The notes under the pieces were generated by a model, which was not told where the DNA came from, did no database searches, and worked only from the letters and a program-made list of their open reading frames with translations. Positions 37,679-48,782 of a DNA stretch of 64,000 bases are shown here, piece by piece; position 1 is the first letter of the stretch; the number at the start of each line of letters is the position of its first letter. Source of the DNA: Phyllosticta citribraziliensis (lineage: Eukaryota); the NCBI RefSeq assembly GCF_038025025.1, contig NW_027117339.1:124001-188000 (forward strand). The letters run 5' to 3'. Both the position numbers and the translations under genes were made by a program.

Positions 37679-37992
37679 AACATGATCAGCCGCGTGAAGG
37701 TCCCCAGACCTGATGGCTGTGACACGCGGGTCAGGGCTGCCTCCCCCAAAGCCTGGGCGGGTGGGAAACCCCAGCGACGTTGGTGCCGTACCCGGGCGGC
37801 ACTGACGCGCTGGGGGGCATAATGCTGTGAATGTGAACATGATCAGCCGCGTGAGAGTCGTCGGACTTGATGGCTGTGACACGCGGGTCAGGGCTGCCTC
37901 CCCCAAAGCCCGGGCGGGTGGGAAACCCCAGTGATGTTGGTGCCGTACCCGGGCGGCATCGACAAGCTGGGGGGTACAATGCTGTGAATGTG
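37679..37992 (+). repeat. 2 x 157-bp tandem duplication, candidate structured RNA
   Basis: Copies start at 37679 and 37836 and differ at 15 positions; several self-complementary stems. Confidence 0.9.
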
Positions 37993-38728
37993 CTTGCTTG
38001 CTTGACTTGACCTTGTGCGTTTGGAGGTGGCGACGCGAGGGCGATGGAGGAGAGAGTGTGAGAGGGATGGAGCGGAGTCTCGAAGCTCGAAGGCAGCTCC
38101 TCTGATCGTATGTCTTGAGCGGATGTGCTTTGAGTTGGTCGGTGGTCGAGGGATTCGAGCAACAGGTGGACTCTGGTATTCAACAGACGTTAGGGAGCGT
38201 TTCTCCTCCGCCTTCAGACTTTCCATGCTCTTGTCACCTGGCAAATCAGTCCACGGCCGCAGCGTCAATCGCTTGTTCAACGACTCTTCATCTTCGCTTC
38301 AGAAAGTACTGCTCGAGGCCTGACTCCGTGATGACTACAGGCCCACACCGACTGACTGAGAAGCAGGGTCGCATTCGATGAGAAACCCCCATAAATTGAC
38401 GGCCATCCGCTCACAGATACACGAAACGTCTTGCGTCGGTCGTTGTCTCCCGCTTTTGTAGACGGCCGGGATGGCGTGCTCAGTGCGTTGCCGGTGAGGC
38501 GGGAGCGGGTCCGCTGCTCGATTCAGCGAGGCGGAGAGCTCTGGCCGCCGTCACCAACAACGTCATTTTTCATGCGTATGGTGAGAAGGCAGGAAGCCAG
38601 GTCATTCGCATCGCATTCCTTGATTTGGCGACTTCGATTGGTGCGTTGATTTATAGGCACGTCGGCCGGTCATTCTGAGATGTTGAGCCAAAGCTATCTG
38701 CGTGCGCTTGCTGCATCAACTCAACACC

Positions 38729-39661
38729 ATGGCGACATTTACGTATGACCTACCTTGACGCTCGTGGCTGGACTGCCGTCGAATGACTGACTTGAGTAGT
38801 AAAGACTCGTACGCCCACGGCACCTATGCCGCTCTCCGCCCGGCCTACCCTGATCATCTCTACGACAAAGTCATCAGCTACCACGAGGGACCGCGCACCA
38901 CAGCTCTCGACCTCGGCTGCGGTCCCGGCATCGTGACGCGAGCCGTGGCGTCCACCTTCCTTACCGTGACGGGCGTCGACCCATCGCCGGGCATGATATC
39001 GCAGGCAGAGCAGCTCACGGCACGCGACAGCTTCCCCAACGTGCGCTACCAACACGGCGCAGCCGAAGAGCTCAACTTTGCGCTCGACGGCAGCGTCGAC
39101 GCCGTGGTGTCGGGGGAGGCGGCGCACTGGTTCGACTACTCGCGGCTGTGGCCAGAGCTGCACCGGGTGCTGCGGCGCGAAGGCACCGTCGCCTTTTGGG
39201 GCTACGCAGACCCCGAGTTCGTCGACTACCCGCGCGCGACGGCGATTCTCAAGCGCTGGACCTTCTCCGACGACAAGGATGCCTTGGGCCCGTACTGGAG
39301 CCAGCCCGGGAAGAGGATCGTCGAAGGATTGTACCGCGACATTGTGCCTGACCCGCGGTACTTTGGGGACGTGCAGAGGATCGAGTACGAGCCCGGCACG
39401 TCAGGCCCGCGCAGCGGTAAGGGTGAAGTGGTGCTTAGTCGGACGGCAACGGTGGAGGAGTGGAAAGAATATATGCGGACGTGGAGCGGGTGTCATGCGT
39501 GGCAAGAGGCGCATCCGGAGCAGACCAAGAGGAGCGCGGGCGGGCCAGGCGATGTGATGGATGCGATATACGACGAGATGATGGAAGCCGAGGAGTGGAA
39601 GGCAGACCAACAGCTGGAGCTGGAGTGGGGAACGGGAGTGGTGATGGCTCGGCGGGTGTAG
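38729..39661 (+). CDS. SAM-dependent small-molecule methyltransferase (Tmt1/Crg1-like)
   Basis: MATFT|KDSYAHGTYAALRPAYP (intron 38743-38799); ALDLGCGPG, GVDPSPGMI, EAAHWFD, LGPYWSQPG. Confidence 0.85.
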
Positions 39662-40162
39662 GTGTAGGTGTAGGTTTAGCAGTCGGTCGGGTGTTGACTA
39701 GCAGGCGGTGGCCATAGCAACGGCCCTTGACCGCATAATGGACGCAGCGCCATGGACTGCTAGACTGTCATGTCAGGTCGCATTGTCCGAGGATTGTCCC
39801 CTACAACACCTCTCTCTCCATCTCTCCCCGGCCTCCAGAATCTCGCGGTGTTGCAACTCCAGCCTTTCCCCATATTTTTTGCGCGTCATAGTCGCATTCT
39901 ACAGCAGCCGACATCAAGAATGGTAGGCTTCCGCTCTCGGTCCCTGCCCTCCGCTCAAGTGCATGCCGCCCCCAGCAACCAATGAAGCAACCCCTCGTCG
40001 CTCACCACTCTCGCGCCCGTTGCGTTGCACAACAACAATCAACAAGCGCCCGCCTCTCCACTCTTCTCCTAGCACTCACTCACTCATCACCGTCCCTGCC
40101 TCTCTCTTTCCTTTCCAGTCTGCATCTCTTTCTCCGTCTCCGTCGCATCCCTCCTCTCCGTC

Positions 40163-40808
40163 ATGGCGTACGACAGCTCACAAGGCCAGGCCTCGACCAA
40201 CTACAAAGAAGCGTTCCAGCTCTTCGACAAGCGCGGCAGCGGCCGCGTTTCACTCGACTCGCTGGGCGACCTGCTGCGCGCCTGCGGCCAAAACCCCACC
40301 CTCGCCGAGATCAAGGAGCTGGAGAAGACGGCCGGCGGCGACTGTGAGTTCGCCCAAACAGCCCCTAAACCCACCAATCCTCCTCCAACTCCGCGCGAGC
40401 AAGGCCCAACTAACACAACTCTTTCGCGGGAATTCAGTCGACTTCGACACGTTCAGCAAGATCCTCAACCGGCCCGGCGGCTTCCGCGACCCGGGCGACA
40501 TCGACGAGTACTGCCGCGGCTTCGAGGTGTTCGACCAGAACCGGACGGGCTTCATCGGCGTCGGCCAGCTGCGCTACATCCTGACCAACCTGGGCGAGAA
40601 GATGAGCGACGACGAGGTCGACGAGCTGCTCAAGGCCGTCGACACCAGCTCGGGCGAGATTGCGTACAGAGGTGAGGCTGGCCCATTGCTATTACTACCA
40701 CCAGGAAGACGGATGATGGAGAGCCTGAAGGATGGATGGATAGAATGCGACTTTGTGCTAACGCGCCCTGCTCCGACAGATCTCGTCTCCACGATCCTCG
40801 CAAACTAG
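40163..40808 (+). CDS. Myosin light chain (Cdc4/Mlc1-like EF-hand protein)
   Basis: YKEAFQLFDKRG, LRACGQNPT, FEVFDQNRTGFIGVGQLRYILTNLGEKM; introns 40344-40437 and 40672-40779. Confidence 0.93.
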
Positions 40809-41671
40809 GCTGGCCGGCCGGTTGCCGCGTGGCTCTACCCACCCTACCACAAACACACACACATCCACCTCCTTACTCTCACCAACCAACCAGACCACCT
40901 ACAAACCGACTGCCACCTCACGGACGGCGTGCGCGCGAGCGGACCGGGGCGGGAGCAACACACATCTAGCGGGGCTGCTTTTGACGGGGCGTTTAATTGC
41001 GAATTGATTTGATTTGAATCGAATGGAAGTGGCTGCGAAAGGAAAGGATACCATTGTCCTCCCGCCTTGGCCTACTACTGCTACACAGATAGCTACCCAT
41101 CACACCTCTGGGGCCGAGAGGGAAAGGGGGAGACGGGCTTGAATTATTCCACAACGGACCTTTGCTCCTGTTGTTGTTGATGTTGCTTTTGCCGTGCAGA
41201 TACGGAGAGGATAGCTTATGCAGTTATGCCTTTTTGAAAAACTACAGTACTCCTGAATGCCTACGACTCTTCTTTCCTATGTCAAGTGATTTACTTTTCG
41301 GGGCTCTCTGTCTGCCATGTCATGTCTATCTAGACGGCTAAGGTACGGTGCTCGTGGGCTATATGTGCGCGTATCCCATCCATGGCCCGTTCTGTTCACA
41401 CGCTGTCCTGTCCTGTCCTGTCCCGCCGCTCGCCATGCTATCCGTTCATGATGCTCCGCTGCAACAGACGCCTGCTTGCTTGTTTGATTGCTTGGCCCTG
41501 GTGCTCTGGCTCCGCGCTGTGTCGTGTTCTGCCTGGACGCAGCGTGCGGCGATCTACTGGACATGACGGAGCTAGTGAGGGCGCGGCGCTGTTTGTAACG
41601 TCGAGCAGTCCAACGCGTACGGTCGCGCCGCCACGATGTTAATCGCATGCACCAACCCCTCTATCCGTATC

Positions 41672-42268
41672 TCAAACAACCTTGCCCCGTCCCTGCCCCT
41701 GCCCCTCCTGCTCCCCCTCCGCCTCTCCTCTCCTGCCCCCAGCCATCTCCTCCGTACTCAGCAAGCCGCCGGGCAACAGATACACGACATTGTCTCTTCG
41801 TCCCGTCCTCGCCTTATTGCCCTCAGCCGGGGCACCAGCAAACTGACTCCAATCCAACCAATACCCCACCACGACGCGGCAGCGGGCGCAGCGGGCGCAG
41901 TATCGCTTCTCCAGGCCGTCGGGCCGCTGAATCACGAGCGGCGTGCGGTCGGGTTGCAGGGAGAGCGGGAGGGCGTAGTGTGGTGAGGCTTCTGTCTGTG
42001 CGTCGTCTGCTTCTGTGGTGGTGGGCGGGCTGCCGGGCAGCGGGAGGATGAACGCAGAATCGGAGGAGGAAGCTTCGGGGGAAGAGGCAGAGGCGGAGGC
42101 GCCGCGGCGAGGGATCAGGGCGAGCGGCGTTGTGCTGGCGAGGAGGAGCTGCGTGCAGAGGCAGTGGTAGGTGTGGATTTGTGCCGTGTCTGCGGGCGCG
42201 GGCGCGGGGGTGGTGGTAGTCGTGTCGTGCGCTGGTTGTGGTGGTGCGGCGGCGGCGGTCGTTGACAT
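41672..42268 (-). CDS. STEEP1/CXorf56 (UPF0428)-like zinc-binding protein
   Basis: IHTYHCLCTQLLL, IQRPDGLEKRY..RC.RC...VGY, VYLLPGGL.STEEM. Confidence 0.7.
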   Translation of the reverse strand: MSTTAAAAPPQPAHDTTTTTPAPAPADTAQIHTYHCLCTQLLLASTTPLALIPRRGASASASSPEASSSDSAFILPLPGSPPTTTEADDAQTEASPHYALPLSLQPDRTPLVIQRPDGLEKRYCARCARCRVVVGYWLDWSQFAGAPAEGNKARTGRRDNVVYLLPGGLLSTEEMAGGRRGEAEGEQEGQGQGRGKVV

Positions 42269-42568
42269 TTTAGGATGATGAAGCGCGGGCAGAGGAATTG
42301 GGGAATCTGATGGAGGGCTGGAGTGTGAGTTGAGCTGAGTGGGATGGTGGTGTGTTGGAGTTGTAGATGAGGAAATCCTGTAGGGCTGAACTTCCGTCCC
42401 ACCGCACACAGTCGCGTCATCCTCCGAGCAAACGCGTCCACCCATTTCTTCCCCACACATAAACACACCAATTCATCGACCTCTCTCCTCAGCTCTACTC
42501 AACCCCCACGAAACCCTACGTCTCGACACCCAACGCCCCATCTCCAGCAGACGAACCCCATCACCACC

Positions 42569-43159
42569 ATGCCACCGCACCCGCTCACAACAACGCCCCT
42601 CCACTTCGGCGCCTTCCCCATAACGCCGCAAATCTTCCACCTCACGCCCCTCAGCTTCGCGCTCGTGAACCTCAAACCGCTCCTCCCAGGCCACGTCCTC
42701 GTCTGCCCGCGGCGCGTCGTCCCGCGCCTCTCGCAGCTCTCCGCCGCCGAGGTCAGCGACCTGTTTCTCGCCGTGCAGCGCGTGTCGCGCATGATCGAGC
42801 GCGTCTACGCCGCCGACGCGCTGAACGTCGCGATTCAGGACGGCGTCGCGGCGGGCCAGAGCGTGCCGCATGTGCATGCGCACGTCATCCCGCGGAGGAG
42901 CGGCGATATGGACAGTAGGGGCGGCGGGGATAGGGTGTATGAGATGTTGGAGGGGGAGGAGGGCGATGTGGGGGGCGCTTTGAGGGAGGTGGAGAGGACG
43001 AGGAGAGAGAGGGAGAGCGATGGGAAGAGCGAGAGCGAAGGCGATGGGAAGAAGAGGGCGTTTGCGAAATCTGATGCTGAGAGGCTGCCGCGGAGTCTGG
43101 AGGAGATGGAGGAGGAGGCGCGGGGGTTGGCGATGGAGATGGAGAAGGAACTCGATTGA
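42569..43159 (+). CDS. HNT2: Bis(5'-adenosyl)-triphosphatase, FHIT/Hnt2 HIT family
   Basis: FALVNLKPLLPGHVLV and QDG..AGQSVPHVHAHVIPR histidine triad. Confidence 0.9.
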   Translation: MPPHPLTTTPLHFGAFPITPQIFHLTPLSFALVNLKPLLPGHVLVCPRRVVPRLSQLSAAEVSDLFLAVQRVSRMIERVYAADALNVAIQDGVAAGQSVPHVHAHVIPRRSGDMDSRGGGDRVYEMLEGEEGDVGGALREVERTRRERESDGKSESEGDGKKRAFAKSDAERLPRSLEEMEEEARGLAMEMEKELD

Positions 43160-43622
43160 TCGAGGTCTGTTTCAGGGACGTCTCTTGCTTGTCCTCTGCT
43201 CTATCTGGCCCCCTTGCCGGTCTGAGAGTTGGTGAGTCTGCTGGTGTGTCGTTGCTGTCCACGCTGCTTGATTTTCTTGACTAATGCTGAAGGAGAGGCG
43301 ACGCGATAGATTTGGAGTAGACTCTCTTCTAAGACGACAACCGTGAAGATTTTCCGAAATCCACATCAACAAGCAGCCGATCAGCATGAGAAGACGAAGA
43401 TGATGGGAGAAAAACCCTGCTTCGCCCAGCCTCTCGTAAAAGAAGGTGGTTCAAGACCCCGGAGGCAATCCATCCAATGGCAAGATGCCGGCGTACATTG
43501 CCTGCAGCAATGCAGCAAAAGGACTAGCAAAGAGAGAAAGAGTATTAAAAGACTATACTATACGACTACAACTCAAGCGGCAAAGGCAGCGCAATCCCCA
43601 TACGCTGTTCGCGCAAGTTGCC

Positions 43623-45401
43623 CTACAACTGCTTCCGCAGCTTCTTACTTGCACCACCACCGTGCCCACCACCACCACCCAACAAATGCGCCCCACCACT
43701 CCTACTCTTGCCCATCCCCAACTTCTTCCGCGCGACCATCTTGACAGCCACAACAACGCCCCTGACGCCGCTGGTCTTCTCCTGCTCGCCGTCCGCGCTC
43801 GCGTTCTTGGCTCGCGTGCGCTGCCACACGTCGTTGCCCCTGTCGCGCAGCCACGTCTCGCCGCCGCCGTACCACCCGCGCAGCCACTCGTACCACGCGC
43901 GGTCGTAGATGCGCCAGAACTCGTCTTCCGTGTAGTACGCGTTGGCGTACAGCCACTTGAAGCCTCCCAGCCGCGCCACCGTCGCCTCGAGGTCGCGGTT
44001 GAGCTCGACGAACTTCTTGTGCTGGAGCGGGCCCGGGCCCCAGATGCCGAAGTTGAGGAGCATGATGGGCTCTTCGCGCTGTGAATCGACTTGTGTGTCG
44101 GAGGATGCAGGGACGGATGATGTGGCCGCCGCCTCGCCCTCAGCGTTGTCGGTGGTGTCGTTACCGTCCGGCTGTTGCGCTCCCCGTGTCGTTGTAATGC
44201 CGCCCCAGCCCTCGCGCTTCTCGTCGAATTCGACCGGCTTGTCCAACACGACCTCGCGGCCGACTCTAGCGCGCAGCGGTACCGTGTGTTTGCCTTCTAT
44301 GCGCAGCGGACACAGCCACACGGGCCAAATATTGGTGTTCTTCTCATTCCACGTGGTCAACTCCTCGACTCTCTCCCTGTCAAACGGTATCGCGACGTCC
44401 TGGATGATGTACTGCGTCGTGTAGCGACTGGCATTGAGCGCGGCGTACATGGGCCGCGTGTGCATGAGCGGGTCCAGAATCGCGCGCATCACGCGGTTGA
44501 AGGGCGTGTGGAAGCGGCGAAAGGCGTAGCGGCCGGTCCAAAAGGCGCCGCGGTCATAACGGAAGAGGTAGTCGACGAGCGGCACCATTTCGACGTGGCC
44601 TGCCGCTTGCTTGTCGCCAGCTACTGCCTTGGAGGCTTTGCACATCTTTTCGGCGTGCACGTAGAACCAGGGGTCCATTCGCCCTGAAAAGGTTTGTATC
44701 GGCTTCTGCTTGCTTGGTCGACGGTCTGTCAGTCGGCCGAGCATGATGACCGTCTTTCCAGGCGCAAATGATATGCCATCGATGTAGTCGACGTCTGCCA
44801 TGTGGATAGCCTCGTCGATAAAGCGATGGACTTCCGCCATCCCGTCAAGCCTAAAGTACTCCAGCTCAACGTAGTCTTTGGCGGGGATAAGTTGGATTTC
44901 AAACAGCGTCGTCACGGCCACGGTGCCATACGTGCCGGGCAAGCCTTTGAACAAATCCGCATTCTGCGTAGCCGACGCGCGCCGCCTCTCCCCGGTCATC
45001 AGAATAACGTCGACCCAATTGACAGTGCGGTCAAAGAAGCCGTACTTCCACGACGAGCTCTCGCCCGCCACGCCCATGTACCCGCCGCCGACAGTGATGC
45101 CGGGAAACTCCATAACGACGGGCGGGATGAGGCCCACTTGCAGCGTCGCCTCGACCAGCGTGTCCATGGGCACGTTGGCCTGGACGACGGCAACCCGCCG
45201 GTCTGCGTCGACCTCGAGCACGTGGTTGAAGGCGCTCATGTCGATCATCTTGTCCGGGTCGAATTCCACGATGCGCGTGCTGTTGGTCGACCCGTGGTAG
45301 ATGCGGAACGTCTCCTTGCGCTTGTGGAAGTCGGCGACCTGTGCCGCGACCGCGGCCGCGGCCTGCTTGTGCTCGGACATTGCCGCCGTGTTTGATGCCA
45401 T
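43623..45401 (-). CDS. FAD-binding oxidoreductase, Delta24-sterol reductase (DHCR24)-like
   Basis: FRIYHGSTNSTR, PPVVMEFPGITVGGG..G.AGESSSWKYG, DYLFRYDRGAFW, WPVWLCP, KWLYA. Confidence 0.85.
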   Translation of the reverse strand: MASNTAAMSEHKQAAAAVAAQVADFHKRKETFRIYHGSTNSTRIVEFDPDKMIDMSAFNHVLEVDADRRVAVVQANVPMDTLVEATLQVGLIPPVVMEFPGITVGGGYMGVAGESSSWKYGFFDRTVNWVDVILMTGERRRASATQNADLFKGLPGTYGTVAVTTLFEIQLIPAKDYVELEYFRLDGMAEVHRFIDEAIHMADVDYIDGISFAPGKTVIMLGRLTDRRPSKQKPIQTFSGRMDPWFYVHAEKMCKASKAVAGDKQAAGHVEMVPLVDYLFRYDRGAFWTGRYAFRRFHTPFNRVMRAILDPLMHTRPMYAALNASRYTTQYIIQDVAIPFDRERVEELTTWNEKNTNIWPVWLCPLRIEGKHTVPLRARVGREVVLDKPVEFDEKREGWGGITTTRGAQQPDGNDTTDNAEGEAAATSSVPASSDTQVDSQREEPIMLLNFGIWGPGPLQHKKFVELNRDLEATVARLGGFKWLYANAYYTEDEFWRIYDRAWYEWLRGWYGGGETWLRDRGNDVWQRTRAKNASADGEQEKTSGVRGVVVAVKMVARKKLGMGKSRSGGAHLLGGGGGHGGGASKKLRKQL

Positions 45402-45846
45402 GCTCTTTTCGTTGTGTTTCTATATCTGAGATGGTGGGAATGGTGGGCTGAGAATGAGCGGCGTTGAGTTTTCCCCCAGCGTGACACGAGCGCTAATGTA
45501 ATGCCGGATGATTCCTAATGAATATCCTGAGAACGAACGGAAATGTCGGTAAGCTCGTGTGAACAAAAGACCAAGAATGCTGTCGAGCAGTGGAGATGGA
45601 GCGATGGCATCCGACTGGTTGTTGTTGATGGCTGGGATGACTGGGCAAAGTGGCGTAGACGTGCTTGCGCGTACCGTGAGTCGCGACTGCGGTGGGGTCC
45701 CTGCTGTGCCTGCAAGTCCGACGTCATCCATCACCAAACGGTCAAGTGGAATATCACGTAGAAAGAATTGCATTTTCAAATTCCATCAAGCGTCGAAGAC
45801 GCCTCAACTCCACGCAAAACCAACACCATGAAATGCAGCGAAAGAC

Positions 45847-47844
45847 TCAAACATAGACAACATCCACAATCCTGTCCAGCAAAACCTCCCACGGCCTCTT
45901 CCCAATGATGCGCACAAAGTCTTTGCTCTTGCCATCGCCCTTGGCTACCCGCTTCAGCTCATCCTTCGCAATCGTGACGCCGTCCTTTCCACTCATCTTG
46001 TTCATTTCGCGCCACTCGCGCTCCGCCCTTTGCGCAACCCGCTGCGTCACCACATCGTCCTCGTCCACCTGGTACAAGTCGCACTTGTCGCAGACCGAGC
46101 AGCGCTCGCCCGGCCGCTCGCGAAAGTGCGGGCAAAAGTGGCCGTAGCCCTCGCCGGTGCCAATCGGCGCGCGGCAAATGTAGCACATGGAGTACCCGCA
46201 GGGACAGAGGAGCTTGTTGCAGCCGGAGCTCTTGACAAAGGACATGTGGCAGCGCGGGCAGGTCCGCTTGACGGCGTTGGAGATGGCATTCTCGACGTGC
46301 TGGCGGAGCGAGACGAGGGCTTTGGCGTGGCAGGTATGCGGGTCGCGCCATTCGGCGGTGCAAGAAATGCACGAGTCGCGGCCGCAGGCAGGGTTTTGGC
46401 AGCGGAACCGTTGTCCCATCCGGCGGCGGAGGACGCGTGCTTTGGAGTGTCGGAGCGGGGCGAAGAGGCTTTTGCGATTGAAGTTGGTTGTGAGCTGAAC
46501 GGCTCCAATGGCGGCGATTGTCAAGAGGACGAAAAGCGACAAGAGGGGAGAAAGGAAGAAGGACAAGACTGCTACGACGCACCCCCCAATTAGACGGACG
46601 AATTTCCTGGCCAACAAGGATGATGGAACAGGGAGTCGGAGCCGCAGAGACATGTCGTCAACTTCGGCATAGTGGCAGAAAGGACAGTGAGTCAACGGTA
46701 GTTGGCTCTTGATTAGGACGTCGGTGGCAGCTCGTTGTTGAAACTTGGAAAAGGTTGTTTGCCCGTCTGGCTCTTCCAATAGAGCGCGCTGTAGCGACTC
46801 TTGCGGTACAAATCCCTGGCAACTGCCACCGGCCACGGGGGCGATGCAGTTGAGGGTGTGCCGCTCCAAGCTGATGCTTCGTGCCCAGCCTTGACCGTAA
46901 AGAGCTTCGTTGATCGCGAAGCGGACGCAGCGAAAGCAGATCCAGTGGCCGCTGGAGCTGCAGACGGTCATTTGCTCAAAAGAGCTAGACGTGAAGCAGC
47001 ACTGGCAATAGTACATTTCGCCGGCCGACTCCGCTTCGTCGTCGTTGATGGAATTCGCGAAGGCACGGTCCTCTTGCAACTGCTCCTTGGTTTGCTTGGC
47101 CAAGATGGGGGCAACTAAAGTGTGGTAGAGTTCCTTGTTGAGCTCGGTGCTGCTGGTAGCGACGAGCCGAGGAGCAAGCGGTCCCCCAACGCCTGGGTCC
47201 GCCTTTTGCCATTGAATCAGAGGATGGTCGTCTTCCGAGGGCACCTTTCTCCTAGTAAAGAAGCTGGTGACTGAAAACCTCCAAGACTTGGACGACACGG
47301 CCAACAGTGCGGGGCGCGCTCGAGAGTACGAGTAGTTGCTCTCGGCCAAGACGGCCTTGATCGTAGAGTGACTCAACCCCTTGAACTCGGCATACAGCGC
47401 CTCCTTTGCCGCAGTCTTGTAGACTTCGCCCCGAAACTTTTCCGTCGTGGGCAGTCGGGCGCTAGTATCGCTCTCTTCAACCTCGAGCGGCGGCGCACGA
47501 TGCCGACCCCGCACCCACTTGTCCTGTTTCTTCAAAAGAGCTTCCGTGATTACGTGTAGGCGGCTCTCCTCGGAGAAGCTGTCGAGCATCTCGCGGAAGA
47601 CTTCTGGCTGGACATGAGGGAAGACGGAGGTCAAAATGTCCAGCTGCGAGTTGAGCTCTCTCAAGCCGGCGTCTTCTTCTTCGTCCTGGGCGAGATCGGG
47701 GTCAAAGGTCGGAGGTGAGTCTGCTGCGAGCCACGGAATGATGCTGGCGCTGTTGCTGGCGGAGCGCTTGGGAGGGTCGACAAAAGTGCCGGAGCGCGAC
47801 GACAGCAAGCCGTGTTTAAACGGGCTTGGGATTCCGGCAAGCAT
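45847..47844 (-). CDS. RBR-type (RING-IBR-RING) ubiquitin ligase with CUE-like region (RNF216-like)
   Basis: CQCCF..C...H.IC..C, CPFC, C.NP.C...SC..C, KRTCPRC..SFVKSSGCNKL.C.CGY.MCYICR; start codon uncertain. Confidence 0.82.
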   Translation of the reverse strand: MLAGIPSPFKHGLLSSRSGTFVDPPKRSASNSASIIPWLAADSPPTFDPDLAQDEEEDAGLRELNSQLDILTSVFPHVQPEVFREMLDSFSEESRLHVITEALLKKQDKWVRGRHRAPPLEVEESDTSARLPTTEKFRGEVYKTAAKEALYAEFKGLSHSTIKAVLAESNYSYSRARPALLAVSSKSWRFSVTSFFTRRKVPSEDDHPLIQWQKADPGVGGPLAPRLVATSSTELNKELYHTLVAPILAKQTKEQLQEDRAFANSINDDEAESAGEMYYCQCCFTSSSFEQMTVCSSSGHWICFRCVRFAINEALYGQGWARSISLERHTLNCIAPVAGGSCQGFVPQESLQRALLEEPDGQTTFSKFQQRAATDVLIKSQLPLTHCPFCHYAEVDDMSLRLRLPVPSSLLARKFVRLIGGCVVAVLSFFLSPLLSLFVLLTIAAIGAVQLTTNFNRKSLFAPLRHSKARVLRRRMGQRFRCQNPACGRDSCISCTAEWRDPHTCHAKALVSLRQHVENAISNAVKRTCPRCHMSFVKSSGCNKLLCPCGYSMCYICRAPIGTGEGYGHFCPHFRERPGERCSVCDKCDLYQVDEDDVVTQRVAQRAEREWREMNKMSGKDGVTIAKDELKRVAKGDGKSKDFVRIIGKRPWEVLLDRIVDVVYV

Positions 47845-48782
47845 GGCGGACGGCGTACATCGGATCTCGCAGGGACGGAGGAAAGGGAGGTCGAGGGGGC
47901 ATGGTCCGGAAGGCAATAGAGGAATGGCAGGCCAGACGGTTGTCGTGGGGAGATGTTGACCGACTTTCGGGGCTCCGGGGATGTATGCGGGAGATCGTCG
48001 CCCGGGGTGCGTCAGGTCAGGTTTTTGCTCCACCCGGTCCGCAGCGCCCACCCTCCACCTCTCATCCTCACGGCAGTCCTCAGCTCAAGGAAACACAGCA
48101 TCAAAACACCATCCACGCTTGCCGTCATTGCTGACTCGACCTGTCAGCTCAGCCCGCTCGACAACCCGCTTCCTGCGTCAGCCGTCGAGGCCCTCATCGG
48201 TACCTTGAGCCGACCAAAGCCATGACGGCTGCTAGCTTCTCTCGGACTCGCGACGACCCGTACTGACACCAAAGTCCCCGCCTGCTTTGGCCCAAAATCA
48301 GATGCCGCATCATGCTGAGTGTCAAGCGCTGCCGTCAACATCTGCCAACCCCCGCTTCACATGTACTTCTTGGCGGCCACCCCTCCCGCGGGAGATACCA
48401 CCAGTCTCCACCATCAGCAAGCCACCAAAAATGTTGAAACATTCTCCGCACAGGCCAGAAGCGCGCTAGCACGCCTGTCTGTCATGCTCAACGATGCCCA
48501 TGGGTGGTGTCAAAGGAATGCATATGCAAGAGAGGTACTATCGACAGTGTATGTACAGAGTGGCTACTGTGAGCCTAGAGTTTTGTACGTTGTGTGGATT
48601 ATGATAGAAAAAAAAAGTCATTTGCCTCGTTCGCCGCCGCATCAACTCGTGAGCCTTTTTACATATAAGTGGGTGCCAGATTGACCCACGCCAGAGCTCT
48701 CCTGCAATCACTATTCTCCGTGATGGATATGTACACTGTTCAAGTCAGGCAAAGCTCTTCAATTGATGATTAATACTTACGA

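Noticed and set aside
37679..37992. Hammerhead, twister, HDV ribozyme, tRNA, 5S/5.8S or snRNA identity for the 157-bp unit; also its 46-aa ORF
   Set aside because: No CUGANGA/GAAA core, B-box or recognisable consensus found by eye; the small ORF is stopped early in copy 2
28100..38300. Calling the island a Starship, Helitron or CACTA element
   Set aside because: No captain recombinase, Rep/helicase, transposase or defined termini are visible in the window
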